Source of the DNA: Eledone cirrhosa
Lineage: Eukaryota
Direction: 5' to 3'
DNA: 64,000 nt
Assembly (NCBI GenBank): GCA_964016885.1
Contig: OZ024743.1
Span: 92,132,001-92,196,000 of the forward strand
The notes under the pieces are model-generated. The model worked only from the letters and a program-made list of their open reading frames with translations. It made no database searches and was not told the origin of the DNA. Positions 1 to 24,420 of this stretch are shown here, piece by piece. Every line of letters begins with the position of its first letter. Position 1 is the first letter of the stretch. The position numbers and the translations under genes were made by a program.

Positions 1-342
1 GTAAGGATGAAAGGCAAAGTCAACCTCGAGTGTAAAAATAATAACACAAGATAGTTACCATGGAAGTGATTTAATTGTCCCTATATTTCGGATTTCGCAT
101 CCATCAACTGGGGGTTTTCCGAAGGGGAAAGTTTTGGTCTTCCAAGGTAACTCTATCTCGTGTTATTTTTACATTCTTTCCTACGTTCCTCTACACCCTA
201 TACGTCTCATTCTTCATTTCCTCTTACTTCTCTCTCATTACCACCTGATTCTCTTACCCAGAGATTTACCCATCTGCATTGTTGAGGCTTCCAAAACGAC
301 CAATTTTATTATTCCACAATGCTTCAAGCAAACTTCAACACT

Positions 343-390
<48 letters not shown>

Positions 391-561
391 TGTGTGTGTC
401 TGTCTGTCTGTCTGTCTGTCTGTAGGATATCGTATTTTTGTCCGAGTGCCTGATAAGGGCCAGTTTCGAAGAGTCTCCTCCAATATACAGTGATGGCCAT
501 AACTGGACCCCCGAAATCAATGGTTCCGCATACATTTTAAGTGTATGAAACTTTATTTAAA

Positions 562-659
<98 letters not shown>

Positions 660-779
660 GACCTCAGTCGGATCCGACGATGAGTGTTCCAGTTGTTCGA
701 AGTATACGAAATTAACGTCTGAGCATTTCACAGACACGTGTACTTTTACAGTATTGAAGGATTTTCAGGAGGTCTATTA

Positions 780-1990
780 TTGGGAGTATCGGTAGAGAGT
801 CGGACACCATGCTTCGTGGCGTAGAGTTATGGCCCTTTACGGTCTGAGTTCAAATCCCACCGAGGTTAACTTTGCCTTTCATCCTTACGGGGTCGATAAA
901 ATAAAGCACCAGTAACGTACTGGGGCCTTGTGCCTATACTAGAAAATTATTATTATTAGGACAATGGCTTGGCATTTACGGTCCTTTACGTTCTATGTTT
1001 ACTTCTTATTAAGCTCGTTAGCTTTGCTTTTCATCTTTACTGCACTCGGGTCGATTTAATCGACTTTCCCCTCCCCTTCAAATTGCTGGTCTTTTGCCAA
1101 AAATAAAAACAATTATTATTATTATTAGGGCGGTATTTTCATCCTTACGGCGTCGATAAAATAAAGTACCAGTAATGCACTGGGTCGATTTAATCGACTT
1201 TCCCCTCCCCAAAAATTGCTGGCCTTGTGCCTATATAAGAAACCATTATTAGGGCGGTAGATTGGCCGTATCGGTAGACCGTCGAACAACAGGTTCTGTG
1301 GCATAGAATTACGGCTCTTTACGTTCTGAGTTCAAATCCCGCCAACGTTAGCTTTGCCTTTCATCCTTACGGGGTTGATAAAATAAAGTACCAGTCACAC
1401 ACTGAGGTCGATTTCATCGACTTTCCTCTACCCCGCAATTGTTGGCCTTATGCCTAAAACAGAAACTATTATTAGGCCGATGGATTGGTAGTATCGGGTC
1501 AGCATCAAACATGCTTTGCGGGATATAGTTACATCCCTTTACGTTCTGAGTCCATCCTGCCAATGTTAACTTTGCCTTTCATCCTAACGGCCTATAAGTA
1601 CCAGTAACGCACTGGGACCTAGTCCCCAATTTAATCGAGTTTCTCTTTCCCTTCAAATTGCTGACCTTGTGATTGGCAGTATCGGTAGAGGGTCGGACGC
1701 CATGCTTTGCAGCAAAGAGTTACGGCCCTTTATGGCCTGAGTTCAAATCCCGCCGAGGTTAACTTTGCCTATCATTCTTACGGGGTCGATAAAATAAAGT
1801 ACCAGTAATACACTGGGATAATTACTGGCCTTGTGCCAAAAGTAGAAACAATTATTATTAAGGCGGTACTTTCATCCTTACTGGATCGATAAAATAAAGT
1901 ACCAGTAATGCACTGGGGCCTAGTACCCAATTTAATCAACTTTCTCTTTCCCTCAAATTGCTGGCCTTGTACCAATGCTAGACTTATTAC
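780..1990 (+). mobile_element. Cluster of ~6-7 head-to-tail full/partial tRNA-derived SINE copies
   Basis: Repeated B-box-like GAGTTCAAATCCC followed by the core TTTGCCTTTCATCCTTACGGGGTCGATAAAATAAAGTACCAGT and (ATT)n tails. The same family occurs at 1-30 (-), 46375-46495 (+) and 46660-46835 (-). Confidence 0.8.
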
Positions 1991-2099
1991 TCTCGCCATT
2001 ATTTATCACCACACTTCATTGTATATTCAGACACTTCTCTTTTGTCTCTTTATTGTTTGTTAGTTTCATTCATTTTTTATAATCGTCCATTGTTTCTCT

Positions 2100-2432
2100 G
2101 TTAACCACCATCATCTTTATCATCATCATCATCATCATCATCTTATCACCTTTATCATCATCGTCATCTTTATCACCATCATCACCATCATCAACATCAT
2201 CACATTCATCGTCATCTTTATCACCACCACTACCAGTACCACCACCACCACTATCACCATTATTATCATTACCACCTTCACCACCACCACCACCACCATC
2301 ACCATCACCACTATCACCATCATCATCATTGCCACCTTCATTATCATGACCGTCATCACCACCCTCACCATCCCTATTACCATCACCACCATCATCACCA
2401 TTAACACCATCATCATCATCATCATCACCATT
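2100..2432. repeat. (CAT/CAC)n trinucleotide low-complexity tract
   Basis: Direct reading; explains the poly-D/G/M/V ORFs. Confidence 0.95.
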
Positions 2433-2504
2433 ACTGGTTGTTCTCACCCATTAACCTCAGAGTCTGGGGCAACCATGTTTTCTGTTTCTTTTAATGATTT
2501 ACTA

Positions 2505-2641
2505 ATATATGCATGTGTGTGTATATATATATATGTATGTATGTGTGTGTGTATATATATGTTTGTGTATGCGTGTGTGTATATATATGTGTGTGTGTAT
2601 ATATATATATATGTGTGTATGCGTGTGTGTGTATATATATA

Positions 2642-2676
<35 letters not shown>

Positions 2677-2846
2677 GTGTGTGTGTGTATATATGTTTGT
2701 GTATGCGTGTGTGTGTATATATATGTATATGTGTGTGTGTGTGTGTATATGTATATGTGTGTGTGTGTATATATATATATATATGTGTATGTGTGTGTGT
2801 GTGTATATGTATGTGTGTGTGTGTGTATATATATATATGTGTATGC

Positions 2847-2880
<34 letters not shown>

Positions 2881-2892
2881 TTGTGTGTATGC

Positions 2893-2926
<34 letters not shown>

Positions 2927-2935
2927 TTGTGTGTA

Positions 2936-2976
<41 letters not shown>

Positions 2977-3011
2977 GTGTATGTACGCATGTGTATATAT
3001 ATATATGTATG

Positions 3012-3054
<43 letters not shown>

Positions 3055-3118
3055 GTGTATGTACGCATGTATATATATATATATATATTTATATACATGT
3101 GTATGTACGTATGTACGC

Positions 3119-3158
<40 letters not shown>

Positions 3159-3223
3159 GTGTATGTACGTATGTACGCATGTATATATATATATATATAT
3201 ATATACATGTGTATGTACGCATG

Positions 3224-3268
<45 letters not shown>

Positions 3269-3283
3269 GTGTATGTACGCATG

Positions 3284-3332
<49 letters not shown>

Positions 3333-3430
3333 GTATGTACGCATGTATGTATGTATATAGATATATATATATATATACATATGTATGTACGCATGTATGT
3401 ATGTATATATATGTATATATACATGTGTGG
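2505..3430. repeat. Compound (TG)n/(TA)n microsatellite with recurring ATACATGTGTATGTACGCATGT unit
   Basis: Direct reading. Confidence 0.95.
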
Positions 3431-4269
3431 ATGTATGCGTATATGCTTTTCCTAATTCTGTTTCGATTAGTTTATTTCTTTGTTTGTTTCTTTGTTTCAA
3501 TTGTTTTTATTTTGTTTGAGATGTGTGTGGGATGGAGGAGAGGGGGTGTCATGGAGTTTCTAGTAATTATTTATTTGTGTGTAGTCAAGTGTGACTGTAT
3601 GGCGACAGTCGATATAACTGATATGATATGTAAGTCTAGGTTAAACTGATCTAGGAAACTTCTGACAGATTCAACTTACATCTGATATCCTTGCCATCTA
3701 ATATATATATCTAGATCACCTTTGTTGGGCGAAGCCGTATGGTTTAGTGGCTAAAGTAGTGTCTCCTAGTGTACATGTAGTCGTATCTTACGACACGCAT
3801 GACCACAGTGTGCCTACTCCCGAAGGAGTCTTTACCTACTCTCAGGTCTTTTGTTCAACCCCACTCTTATATTCCACACCACACCTTTCAATTATTAAAT
3901 TTTACGAAATTTTATTATACTAAAGTGATTCATATTGATACAGAAGCTGGAGAATCTAATAATTATTTTATTTTACATTATAAAAAACATATATGACAAA
4001 TAAAAAAGAACATTACAAGATATCCCATATTTACGAACGTACACTATACAATTACCAATCACCCACCCCCACCACCTACATTGTTTATTCCAACTCCGTC
4101 TTATAAGAATTTAAGCAAATGTCCACCACCACCCTCTTATTTGGGACCCGAGAATATATCTAAAGCAGATATACACAACATCACAGCATGTAATACATGA
4201 TCACACAGAACATGTCATTACAATAGAACAGAAGTGATCAAACATAGCAAAGCAAATACAGAGTATCAG

Positions 4270-4425
4270 TTAGTTCTCGGCTGGAATTCGTTTGGCTTCA
4301 ATGACCGCTTGAATGTGTCGGGACATAGAGTAAACCAACCTGTGACTTGGTTCAGAAGTGATGGAAGCTCAGATGGTCTCCATAGCAACCTTCAGCTCTG
4401 ATTGATTGAGGAGACACACGTTGGC
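4270..4425 (-). pseudogene. Tc1-family transposase C-terminal remnant
   Basis: Manual minus-strand translation gives NQSELKVAMETI*ASITSEPSHRLVYSMSRHIQAVIEAKRIPAEN*. This matches the Tc1 C-terminal pattern 'ELK..I..TW.SI....C.RL..SMPRRI.AVI.AKG..TKY'. Confidence 0.7.
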
Positions 4426-4544
4426 CATATTGTGTTGTTTTTAATAGCCAATAGATTCTTTAAGTGTAGCGAATTAGAAGAATTGTTAGAACATTGGATA
4501 GAATGTATTACGGGTCCATTTTAACATATCTAAAAAAAAAAAAA

Positions 4545-4830
4545 ATGTCTAAAGTTTGTCTCGAGCTCGGAGGCTCATCAGGCAGGTGCATATTCCGGTT
4601 TCGGGGGTGTGAAGTGGCTGGGTGTACAACACCCCCTCCGCTGGACTAGACGCAGGTCCATCGCAGTGTTATACCGCAACCGTTATTGTTGGTACTCATG
4701 TTCAGCTGAGTATACTGGACCAACGTGAAATGAAGTGTTTTGCTCAAGAACACAACACACAGACCAGGAATCGAACCCACGACATTATGTACTTAAGTCT
4801 AACACCTGTACCACCATGCCACGCGCCACG
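4545..4830 (-). mobile_element. tRNA-derived SINE (second family)
   Basis: Minus strand reads A-box-like GTGGCATGGTGG, B-box GGTTCGATTCC, CTTGAGCAAAACACTT core, GCGATGGAC...GTCCAG central domain and a T-rich end. Confidence 0.75.
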
Positions 4831-4854
4831 ACTATATCACGTTTACATTATTGT

Positions 4855-7274
<2,420 letters not shown>

Positions 7275-7845
7275 TTGTTATATTTGGGGAGGGTCATATT
7301 TGCGTAATATTGCCAGAATTAATAACAGAACACACTCACTGTTTGGTTGGTTTTCGCTTCTCGCTGTCTTTTATATATATATATCTGCGATCTAACTTAC
7401 TCGGTCCTCAATGTTGCCATTGACTGACCGGCGGTCAAAAATAATACAGATACAATATAGACAAACACATATATATATAGTTTACATAATTTACATAAAT
7501 CTTTCGTTGCACATCTGCAACATCGTCAGTGGTGTTATATTCATTGTTCCTCCTGTTGTGTTGTATGTCTACGCCATTTTTTTTTTGTTCAGTCTGTCTA
7601 TATATTTATTTATTTATTTGCTTGTTTGTTTATCTTATTTTATTTTGTCTTCTTTGCGCATGCGTTTGCGTGTGTGTATAGTGTTATGTGTGATGTGTGA
7701 CTAGTGTGTATAGTGTTGTGTCTGCTGGGTGACTAGTGTGTGTTTATGTGCTTGTGTATGTATTTATTTATCTTATTTTATTTATTTTATTTAATTTACT
7801 TATTTATTTATACTTCTCTTAGGTCAGTGTTGTTTGTTTGGGTGT
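7275..7845 (-). mobile_element. Solo 3' terminal (pLTR-like) fragment of a Penelope-like element with a degenerate hammerhead
   Basis: Terminus TATATTGTTATATTTGGGGAGGGTCAT resembles the end of the PLE at 57503. Minus strand 7493-7533 reads CTGACGA-T-GTTGCA-GATG-TGCAAC-GAAA-GATT-TA. Confidence 0.6.
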
Positions 7846-7850
7846 TGTTG

Positions 7851-8857
7851 TACAGTAGCATGCACATATATATATATATATACATATATACATACATATG
7901 CATACAGGTACACATACATATATGCACGTATCAGTTTAGCGGCGCTTATTATAACGTCGCTTTGTTCGTTTGTAAACAAACTGAACAGCCTGAATTTATG
8001 CCATACGGTGTTAAGGCAACCACGTCACCTTTTTGTTCAACACTGACACAGGAACGATGTACTAGTTTCAAGCTTGTTAGCTATCATCAGCACCGTTTAC
8101 CCATCTGCCAGATAGTTGAACGTTCGAAAGTATATACTTTCCTTATGAAAATTAACGGCTGAGCAGCCTAATTTGCATATTGAGTGAGTTAAATCGGTCA
8201 GGCATACCGAAAACGATAAATTGAAACAAAATGAAAACGAAATTTCATTTCTCACTCTTAGTATGGCACTTACTTAAATGTAAGTATGCATGTATACGTA
8301 CATACATATATGTATACAGACGTACAGTAGCATGCACATACTAAGAGTGAGAAATGAAATTTCGTTTTCATTTTGTTTCAATTTATCGTTTTCGGTATGC
8401 CTGACCGATTTAACTCACTCAATATGCAAATTAGGCTGCTCAGCCGTTAATTTTCATAAGGAAAGTATATACTTTCGAACGTTCAACTATCTGGCAGATG
8501 GGTAAACGGTGCTGATGATAGCTAACAAGCTTGAAACTAGTACATCGTTCCTGTGTCAGTGTTGAACAAAAAGGTGACGTGGTTGCCTTAACACCGTATG
8601 GCATAAATTCAGGCTGTTCAGTTTGTTTACAAACGAACAAAGCGACGTTATAATAAGCGCCGCTAAACTGATACGTGCATATATGTATGTGTACCTGTAT
8701 GCATATGTATGTATATATGTATATATATATATATATGTGCATGCTACTGTACGTCTGTATACATATATGTATGTACGTATACATGCATACTTACATTTAA
8801 GTAAGTGCCATACTAAGAGTGAGAAATGAAATTTCGTTTTCATTTTGTTTCAATTTA
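7851..8857. mobile_element. Non-autonomous hammerhead-bearing retroelement (retrozyme-like), 472-bp unit, inverted copy + forward copy
   Basis: TACAGTAGCATGCACATA recurs at 7851 and 8323, and CATACTAAGAGT recurs at 8337 and 8809 (both period 472). 8337-8857 is the reverse complement of a circular permutation of 7851-8340. Confidence 0.8.
8505..8549 (+). ncRNA. Minimal type I hammerhead ribozyme (mirror copy on - strand at 8053-8097)
   Basis: AACGGTG-CTGATGA-T-AGCT-AACA-AGCT-T-GAAA-CTAG-TA-CATCGTT: 7-bp helix I, intact core, palindromic CTAG helix III, GUA triplet. Confidence 0.8.
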
Positions 8858-15016
<6,159 letters not shown>

Positions 15017-15216
15017 NNNNNNNNNNNNNNNNNNNNNNNNNNNNNNNNNNNNNNNNNNNNNNNNNNNNNNNNNNNNNNNNNNNNNNNNNNNNNNNNNNNN
15101 NNNNNNNNNNNNNNNNNNNNNNNNNNNNNNNNNNNNNNNNNNNNNNNNNNNNNNNNNNNNNNNNNNNNNNNNNNNNNNNNNNNNNNNNNNNNNNNNNNNN
15201 NNNNNNNNNNNNNNNN
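15017..15216. other. Assembly gap (200 N)
   Basis: Run of N. Confidence 1.
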
Positions 15217-15697
15217 AGGAGTTCCCATGGGCATCCGGTCTTAAACTCCTCCGTTATTGCCTGCAGGACTATGATGAACAGGAGAGGGCTAAGAACAGAG
15301 CCCTGGTGGACCCCAACCTGTACGCTAAATTCCTCGCTATACTCATTGCCAATCCTAACTTTGCTGACTGCTCCCCTATACATGGCTTGTACCGCTTTCA
15401 CAAGCCATTCATCTACTCCTAGTTTTCTAAGAGCCCACCAGATTACTGCACGTGGAACTCTGTCAAAGGCTTTCTCAAGGTCGACAAATGCCAAGTAGAG
15501 TGGCTTACTTTTAGCTAGGTACTTTTCCTGTAATTGCCTCACAAGGAAGAGCGCATCAGTGGTGCCTTTCCCTGGTACAAACCCAAATTGCATCTCGTCT
15601 ATATTCACCCGGTCCCTAATCAGCTGTGCTATAACTCTTTCTGTTACTTTCATGACCTGGTCCATCAACTTTATACCTCTATAGTTTCCTCTATCTA
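15217..15697 (-). mobile_element. RTE-clade LINE reverse transcriptase fragment
   Basis: [26 protein letters not shown] and [13 protein letters not shown]; closely similar to the ORF at 54252-55697. Confidence 0.92.
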
Positions 15698-15716
15698 GTG
15701 CATCGCCTTTACCTTT

Positions 15717-15717
15717 G

Positions 15718-15786
<69 letters not shown>

Positions 15787-15791
15787 CTATA

Positions 15792-15854
<63 letters not shown>

Positions 15855-15879
15855 GTATATATATATGTATATATATATC

Positions 15880-15910
<31 letters not shown>

Positions 15911-15983
15911 CTATATATATGTATATATATATAAATATATATATATATGTATATATATATATATGTATATATATATTTATATG

Positions 15984-16020
<37 letters not shown>

Positions 16021-16039
16021 GTATATATATATTTATATG

Positions 16040-16135
<96 letters not shown>

Positions 16136-16140
16136 TATAT
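15717..16140. repeat. (TA)n microsatellite
   Basis: Direct reading. Confidence 0.95.
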
Positions 16141-17368
16141 TTCAGAGCATTTATTCCAATTTCTAATTTCTGCCGGACCGGCAACCGCTCTTTCAAACCA
16201 GTTCCTGTACACAGCTAAGTATTCTATAAGTCTCTAGCTGTGTCATTCTCGATAAAAGCACTGGATATGTAGTCCTGATGATTTCTAACGAGAATGAAAC
16301 GCGTAGATTACTTCCCTTGCTTTTATCGAGAATCTAATTGTAATACGTGACGTATTCTATTCTATAGCGATTAGGTCTTCAAAATGTTTATTATAAACAT
16401 ACAGAATATTTTCGAATATTCTATGTCTATATTCACATATATATCGCTATTTCAGAGCATTTATTCCAATTTCTAATTTCTGCCGGACCGGCAACCGCTC
16501 TTTCAAACCAGTTCCTGTACACAGCTAAGTATTCTATAAGTCTCTAGCTGTGTCATTCTCGATAAAAGCACTGGATATGTAGTCCTGATGATTTCTAACG
16601 AGAATGAAACGCGTAGATTACTTCCCTTGCTTTTATCGAGAATCTAATTGTAATACGTGACGTATTCTATTCTATAGCGATTAGGTCTTCAAAATGTTTA
16701 TTATAAACATACAGAATATTTTCGAATATTCTATGTCTATATTCACATATATATCGCTATTTCAGAGCATTTATTCCAATTTCTAATTTCTGCCGGACCG
16801 GCAACCGCTCTTTCAAACCAGTTCCTGTACACAGCTAAGTATTCTATAAGTCTCTAGCTGTGTCATTCTCGATAAAAGCACTGGATATGTAGTCCTGATG
16901 ATTTCTAACGAGAATGAAACGCGTAGATTACTTCCCTTGCTTTTATCGAGAATCTAATTGTAATACGTGACGTATTCTATTCTATAGCGATTAGGTCTTC
17001 AAAATGTTTATTATAAACATACAGAATATTTTCGAATATTCTATGTCTATATTCACATATATATCGCTATTTCAGAGCATTTATTCCAATTTCTAATTTC
17101 TGCCGGACCGGCAACCGCTCTTTCAAACCAGTTCCTGTACACAGCTAAGTATTCTATAAGTCTCTAGCTGTGTCATTCTCGATAAAAGCACTGGATATGT
17201 AGTCCTGATGATTTCTAACGAGAATGAAACGCGTAGATTACTTCCCTTGCTTTTATCGAGAATCTAATTGTAATACGTGACGTATTCTATTCTATAGCGA
17301 TTAGGTCTTCAAAATGTTTATTATAAACATACAGAATATTTTCGAATATTCTATGTCTATATTCACAT
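16141..17368 (+). mobile_element. Four tandem identical 310-bp hammerhead-containing units (non-LTR retrozyme-like array)
   Basis: Unit start TTCAGAGCAT at 16141, 16451, 16761 and 17071. Each unit has one HHR and no ORF, and the array is flanked by (TA)n. Confidence 0.88.
16269..16311 (+). ncRNA. Minimal type I hammerhead ribozyme (copies at 16579, 16889, 17199)
   Basis: GTAGTC-CTGATGA-T-TTCT-AACG-AGAA-T-GAAA-CGCG-TA-GATTAC. It is enclosed by a perfect 16-bp inverted repeat, ATTCTCGATAAAAGCA (16245-16260) / TGCTTTTATCGAGAAT (16318-16333). Confidence 0.85.
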
Positions 17369-19175
<1,807 letters not shown>

Positions 19176-20342
19176 TGTAGATAAATCTATCAAGAGTTTA
19201 CGGTAGTGTCCAATCCGTATGAAGAACTCAATGTATTCCGGATATCATGGAAAGAAGAGATGTAATGAAAATCCACTTTCGGTGAAAGATAAACGGTATA
19301 CAGAGTCAAGATAAAATATTAAACAAATAATGAACAAACAATTCCTTATATTAAACAAAAAAAGTTCACTATTTAACGATCGTTTCTAGGGTATATATGT
19401 GTTATAATTGGTATGCATATTCAACAGATCTATGTACAAAATTATACAAAATTATACAAATTATCAAGATTAAATATACATACCTAACACATATATACGC
19501 CGTCTTCAGAAATAATGAAGTATATTTATTGATAATAACAACAATTCAAAATATCAGTTCAAAATTGACCAATGAAAACACAAAGGGTTAAAAGCAGTTT
19601 GGTGTGTGTATATACATGTAAAATCCTTACACATATTTTACAATAATGTGTGTATAATTTGTATGTGCATACTAAAAAGATGGATGCAAACACAAAATTT
19701 CAAGGTTAATATCTCTGTAAGCTTAATGCGCTGATAAGATGCGCAATGATACTTATGGAGTCAAGCATATAAATATATTTTTTTCATACTCACACATATC
19801 AGTATAATCACACATACATGCGCGTATATGCATAAATATACACATAACCACGAACATACAAACACACACACTCCCACACTCACATTTATATATGTGGATA
19901 TAAAATCATAAACAAATAGAAATTAAGTCACTCACATAAAACACTGGCACACACATTTCAAGATCAAGATACAGAAATAAGGTGGGAGGGGGGGGGAGGG
20001 GTCAGTATTAGATTGTCAGAGCAGACTGCCTAATATAAATGTATCTATAAATTAAGAAAAATAAAAAAATAAAAACAATAAAATATAATAAATATAATAT
20101 AATGTACATACACATACAGATATACATACACATACATACATGTACGCGCACATAGAGATATTTACGCATACACACATACACACATACGTATACAGTCATA
20201 CACACACATACACTTACACGAACATACACATACACATATAAAAGGATATATATACACACACACACACACGCGCAACACATACACACATACACATATATAT
20301 AAAAAATAGATAATAAAGATATATATCCATATATATATATAT

Positions 20343-20397
<55 letters not shown>

Positions 20398-20486
20398 CAT
20401 ACACATACATACCCATACATCTAAATATACATACACATACATACACACATACATGTATATACATGTACATACATATACGCACATCG

Positions 20487-20538
<52 letters not shown>

Positions 20539-20878
20539 TCACATAGACATAAAGATACATACACACACAACTTACATACACACGCATACACATATATATA
20601 TATATATATAGATGTACCTTCATACATAGAATTAGATATATAATCATACATACATATGCACCTACTTATACTCATATAAATAAATACATACGCTTCCATA
20701 TATGTGTATACACATAAAAAACAATACCACCTCACCAAACTCAGACATACAAATGAAATTAATAATAAAAAAACGCATATGTATATACATACACACACGC
20801 ATTAATAGAGAGATATATATATACACACATACATACACACACATATATATACATACACACACATATACATACACATAC

Positions 20879-20939
<61 letters not shown>

Positions 20940-20946
20940 TAGACTC

Positions 20947-20977
<31 letters not shown>

Positions 20978-21260
20978 AACATATATATCCACACACTCAT
21001 ACCACCATAAATACACATACAAACACCCACATGTATATATATATATATATCCACATACACACACGTATACATATATATATATATACACATATACACATAC
21101 ATTATATATATATATACACACACATAAAAAACAGACATGCACATATATATATATATATATATATTTCATTACTCTTATATATACACATAGTATATATACA
21201 TACACAACCTCACTTATACACATATACACATAAGTTATATTACAATAATAATAAAGAATA

Positions 21261-21299
<39 letters not shown>

Positions 21300-21439
21300 C
21301 ATATATATATATATATACATACATACATACACATACATACATACACATAAATATATACATACATAAATACACACATACGAATAAAGACATATATTCACAC
21401 ATAGACACCTATATACATATATATATATATATATATATC

Positions 21440-21489
<50 letters not shown>

Positions 21490-23273
21490 CCCACACACAC
21501 ACACACACAGACACACATACACACTCACATATATATATATATATATGTGTATGTGAGTGTGCGCACATACACAAATATACACACACACATACAAACACAC
21601 ACAAACACATACATATGCATACGTGCACACACACACACATATATCACATAGATACGAAGATAAACATATAAATAGAGAGACATACAAATATATACACAAC
21701 ACATATACACATACATACATACACGCTTATACATATACATACATATATACACATATATATATATTCCTATATACAAGCATACACATACATACACACATAT
21801 ACATATACATACATATATACATACCACACATTCACATACACATACATATATAATACATATATATACATATATATACATACATATGTATGTACAATCATAT
21901 ATACACACTCAATCTTACATTCATATTTACATGCTCATATATGTATTTTTATATTTAGAAATAAATACCAAAACCTATATAGACACCTACCTACATATAT
22001 ATTCATACATATACGCTTACAAATACAGATGATAATAGTATGGGGGAAAGGGGGGGTTTGGAGAAGGGGATCAAAGTAAATATGTTTCAAGAAACATATA
22101 ATATTTTCCGTATCTTAATTCAATGTATGTTCTTACATATTTTCAGTGCTAGGAAATACGAAATCTATGCATCTCAAAATAAATAAGTATACCATTAATC
22201 ATATGTTAACTAAACCAAAGATAGTCAACATATTGATTTCTAAGGTGTAAATTAGTTAGGTTTATAATATTTGAAGCAGAATTATGAAGTCAAACAGTAG
22301 TAGATTATTAATTACATTATAACTAAATTAAAGTTAATAACGTTATGGTATCAATATTAGGAGATGAATTTAGTAATAGGGAAAAGAAACCCAAATAAAA
22401 ATAAAATAAAGTATTACATCGGTAGTAGCATATAAATTATATGTTAACTAAATTAAAAATTATATATTTATTTCAATAGTATACGTATATATTATGGTAA
22501 AATAGTATACGTTAATTAGTATATGTTAATTAGGTATACAATACATAAAGCAGATATTGTATTTCATCAAAATTATATATTTATTTCAATAGTATACGTT
22601 AATTTCCTAGCACTGAAAATATGTAAGAACATACATTGAATTAAGATACGGAAAATATTATATGTTTCTTGAAACATATATTTACTTTGATCCCCTTCTC
22701 CAAACCCCCCCTTTCCCCCATACTATTATCATCTGTATTTGTAAGCGTATATGTATGAATATATATGTAGGTAGGTGTCTATATAGGTTTTGGTATTTAT
22801 TTCTAAATATAAAAATACATATATGAGCATGTAAATATGAATGTAAGATTGAGTGTGTATATATGATTGTACATACATATGTATGTATATATATGTATAT
22901 ATATGTATTATATATGTATGTGTATGTGAATGTGTGGTATGTATATATGTATGTATATGTATATGTGTGTATGTATGTGTATGCTTGTATATAGGAATAT
23001 ATATATATGTGTATATATGTATGTATATGTATAAGCGTGTATGTATGTATGTGTATATGTGTTGTGTATATATTTGTATGTCTCTCTATTTATATGTTTA
23101 TCTTCGTATCTATGTGATATATGTGTGTGTGTGTGCACGTATGCATATGTATGTGTTTGTGTGTGTTTGTATGTGTGTGTGTATATTTGTGTATGTGCGC
23201 ACACTCACATACACATATATATATATATATATATGTGAGTGTGTATGTGTGTCTGTGTGTGTGTGTGTGTGGG

Positions 23274-23323
<50 letters not shown>

Positions 23324-23463
23324 GATATATATATATATATATATATGTATATAGGTGTCTATGTGTGAATATATGTCTTTATTCGTATGTGTGTATTTAT
23401 GTATGTATATATTTATGTGTATGTATGTATGTGTATGTATGTATGTATATATATATATATATG

Positions 23464-23502
<39 letters not shown>

Positions 23503-23786
23503 TATTCTTTATTATTATTGTAATATAACTTATGTGTATATGTGTATAAGTGAGGTTGTGTATGTATATATACTATGTGTATATATAAGAGTAATGAAAT
23601 ATATATATATATATATATATATGTGCATGTCTGTTTTTTATGTGTGTGTATATATATATATATGTATGTGTATATGTGTATATATATATATATGTATACG
23701 TGTGTGTATGTGGATATATATATATATATACATGTGGGTGTTTGTATGTGTATTTATGGTGGTATGAGTGTGTGGATATATATGTT

Positions 23787-23817
<31 letters not shown>

Positions 23818-23824
23818 GAGTCTA

Positions 23825-23871
<47 letters not shown>

Positions 23872-24212
23872 GTATGTGTATGTATATGTGTGTGTATGTA
23901 TATATATGTGTGTGTATGTATGTGTGTATATATATATATCTCTATTAATGCGTGTGTGTATGTATATACATATGCGTTTTTTTTATTATTATTTTCATTT
24001 GTATGTCTGAGTTTGGTGAGGTGGTATTGTTTTTTATGTGTATACACATATATGGAAGCGTATGTATTTATTTATATGAGTATAAGTAGGTGCATATGTA
24101 TGTATGATTATATATCTAATTCTATGTATGAAGGTACATCTATATATATATATATATATGTGTATGCGTGTGTATGTAAGTTGTGTGTGTATGTATCTTT
24201 ATGTCTATGTGA

Positions 24213-24280
<68 letters not shown>

Positions 24281-24369
24281 CGATGTGCGTATATGTATGT
24301 ACATGTATATACATGTATGTGTGTATGTATGTGTATGTATATTTAGATGTATGGGTATGTATGTGTATG

Positions 24370-24420
<51 letters not shown>

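Noticed and set aside
780-1990. tRNA genes
   Set aside because: Only A/B-box-like SINE heads; no cloverleaf with an acceptor stem.
3645-3720. CTGACAGAT...ATCTGATA inside a TGATCTAG/CTAGATCA inverted repeat as a hammerhead
   Set aside because: Both core halves are too degenerate to support a call.
4560-4605. GAAAC...CTGATGAG on the minus strand of the SINE tail as a permuted hammerhead
   Set aside because: The helices needed to close the three-way junction are not present; it looks like an ordinary SINE tail.
7740-8843. Duplicated 70-140-aa ORFs in the 472-bp element (likewise the 64-66-aa ORFs in the pLTR and 696-bp unit)
   Set aside because: No recognisable domain, partly microsatellite, and duplicated only because the DNA is duplicated.
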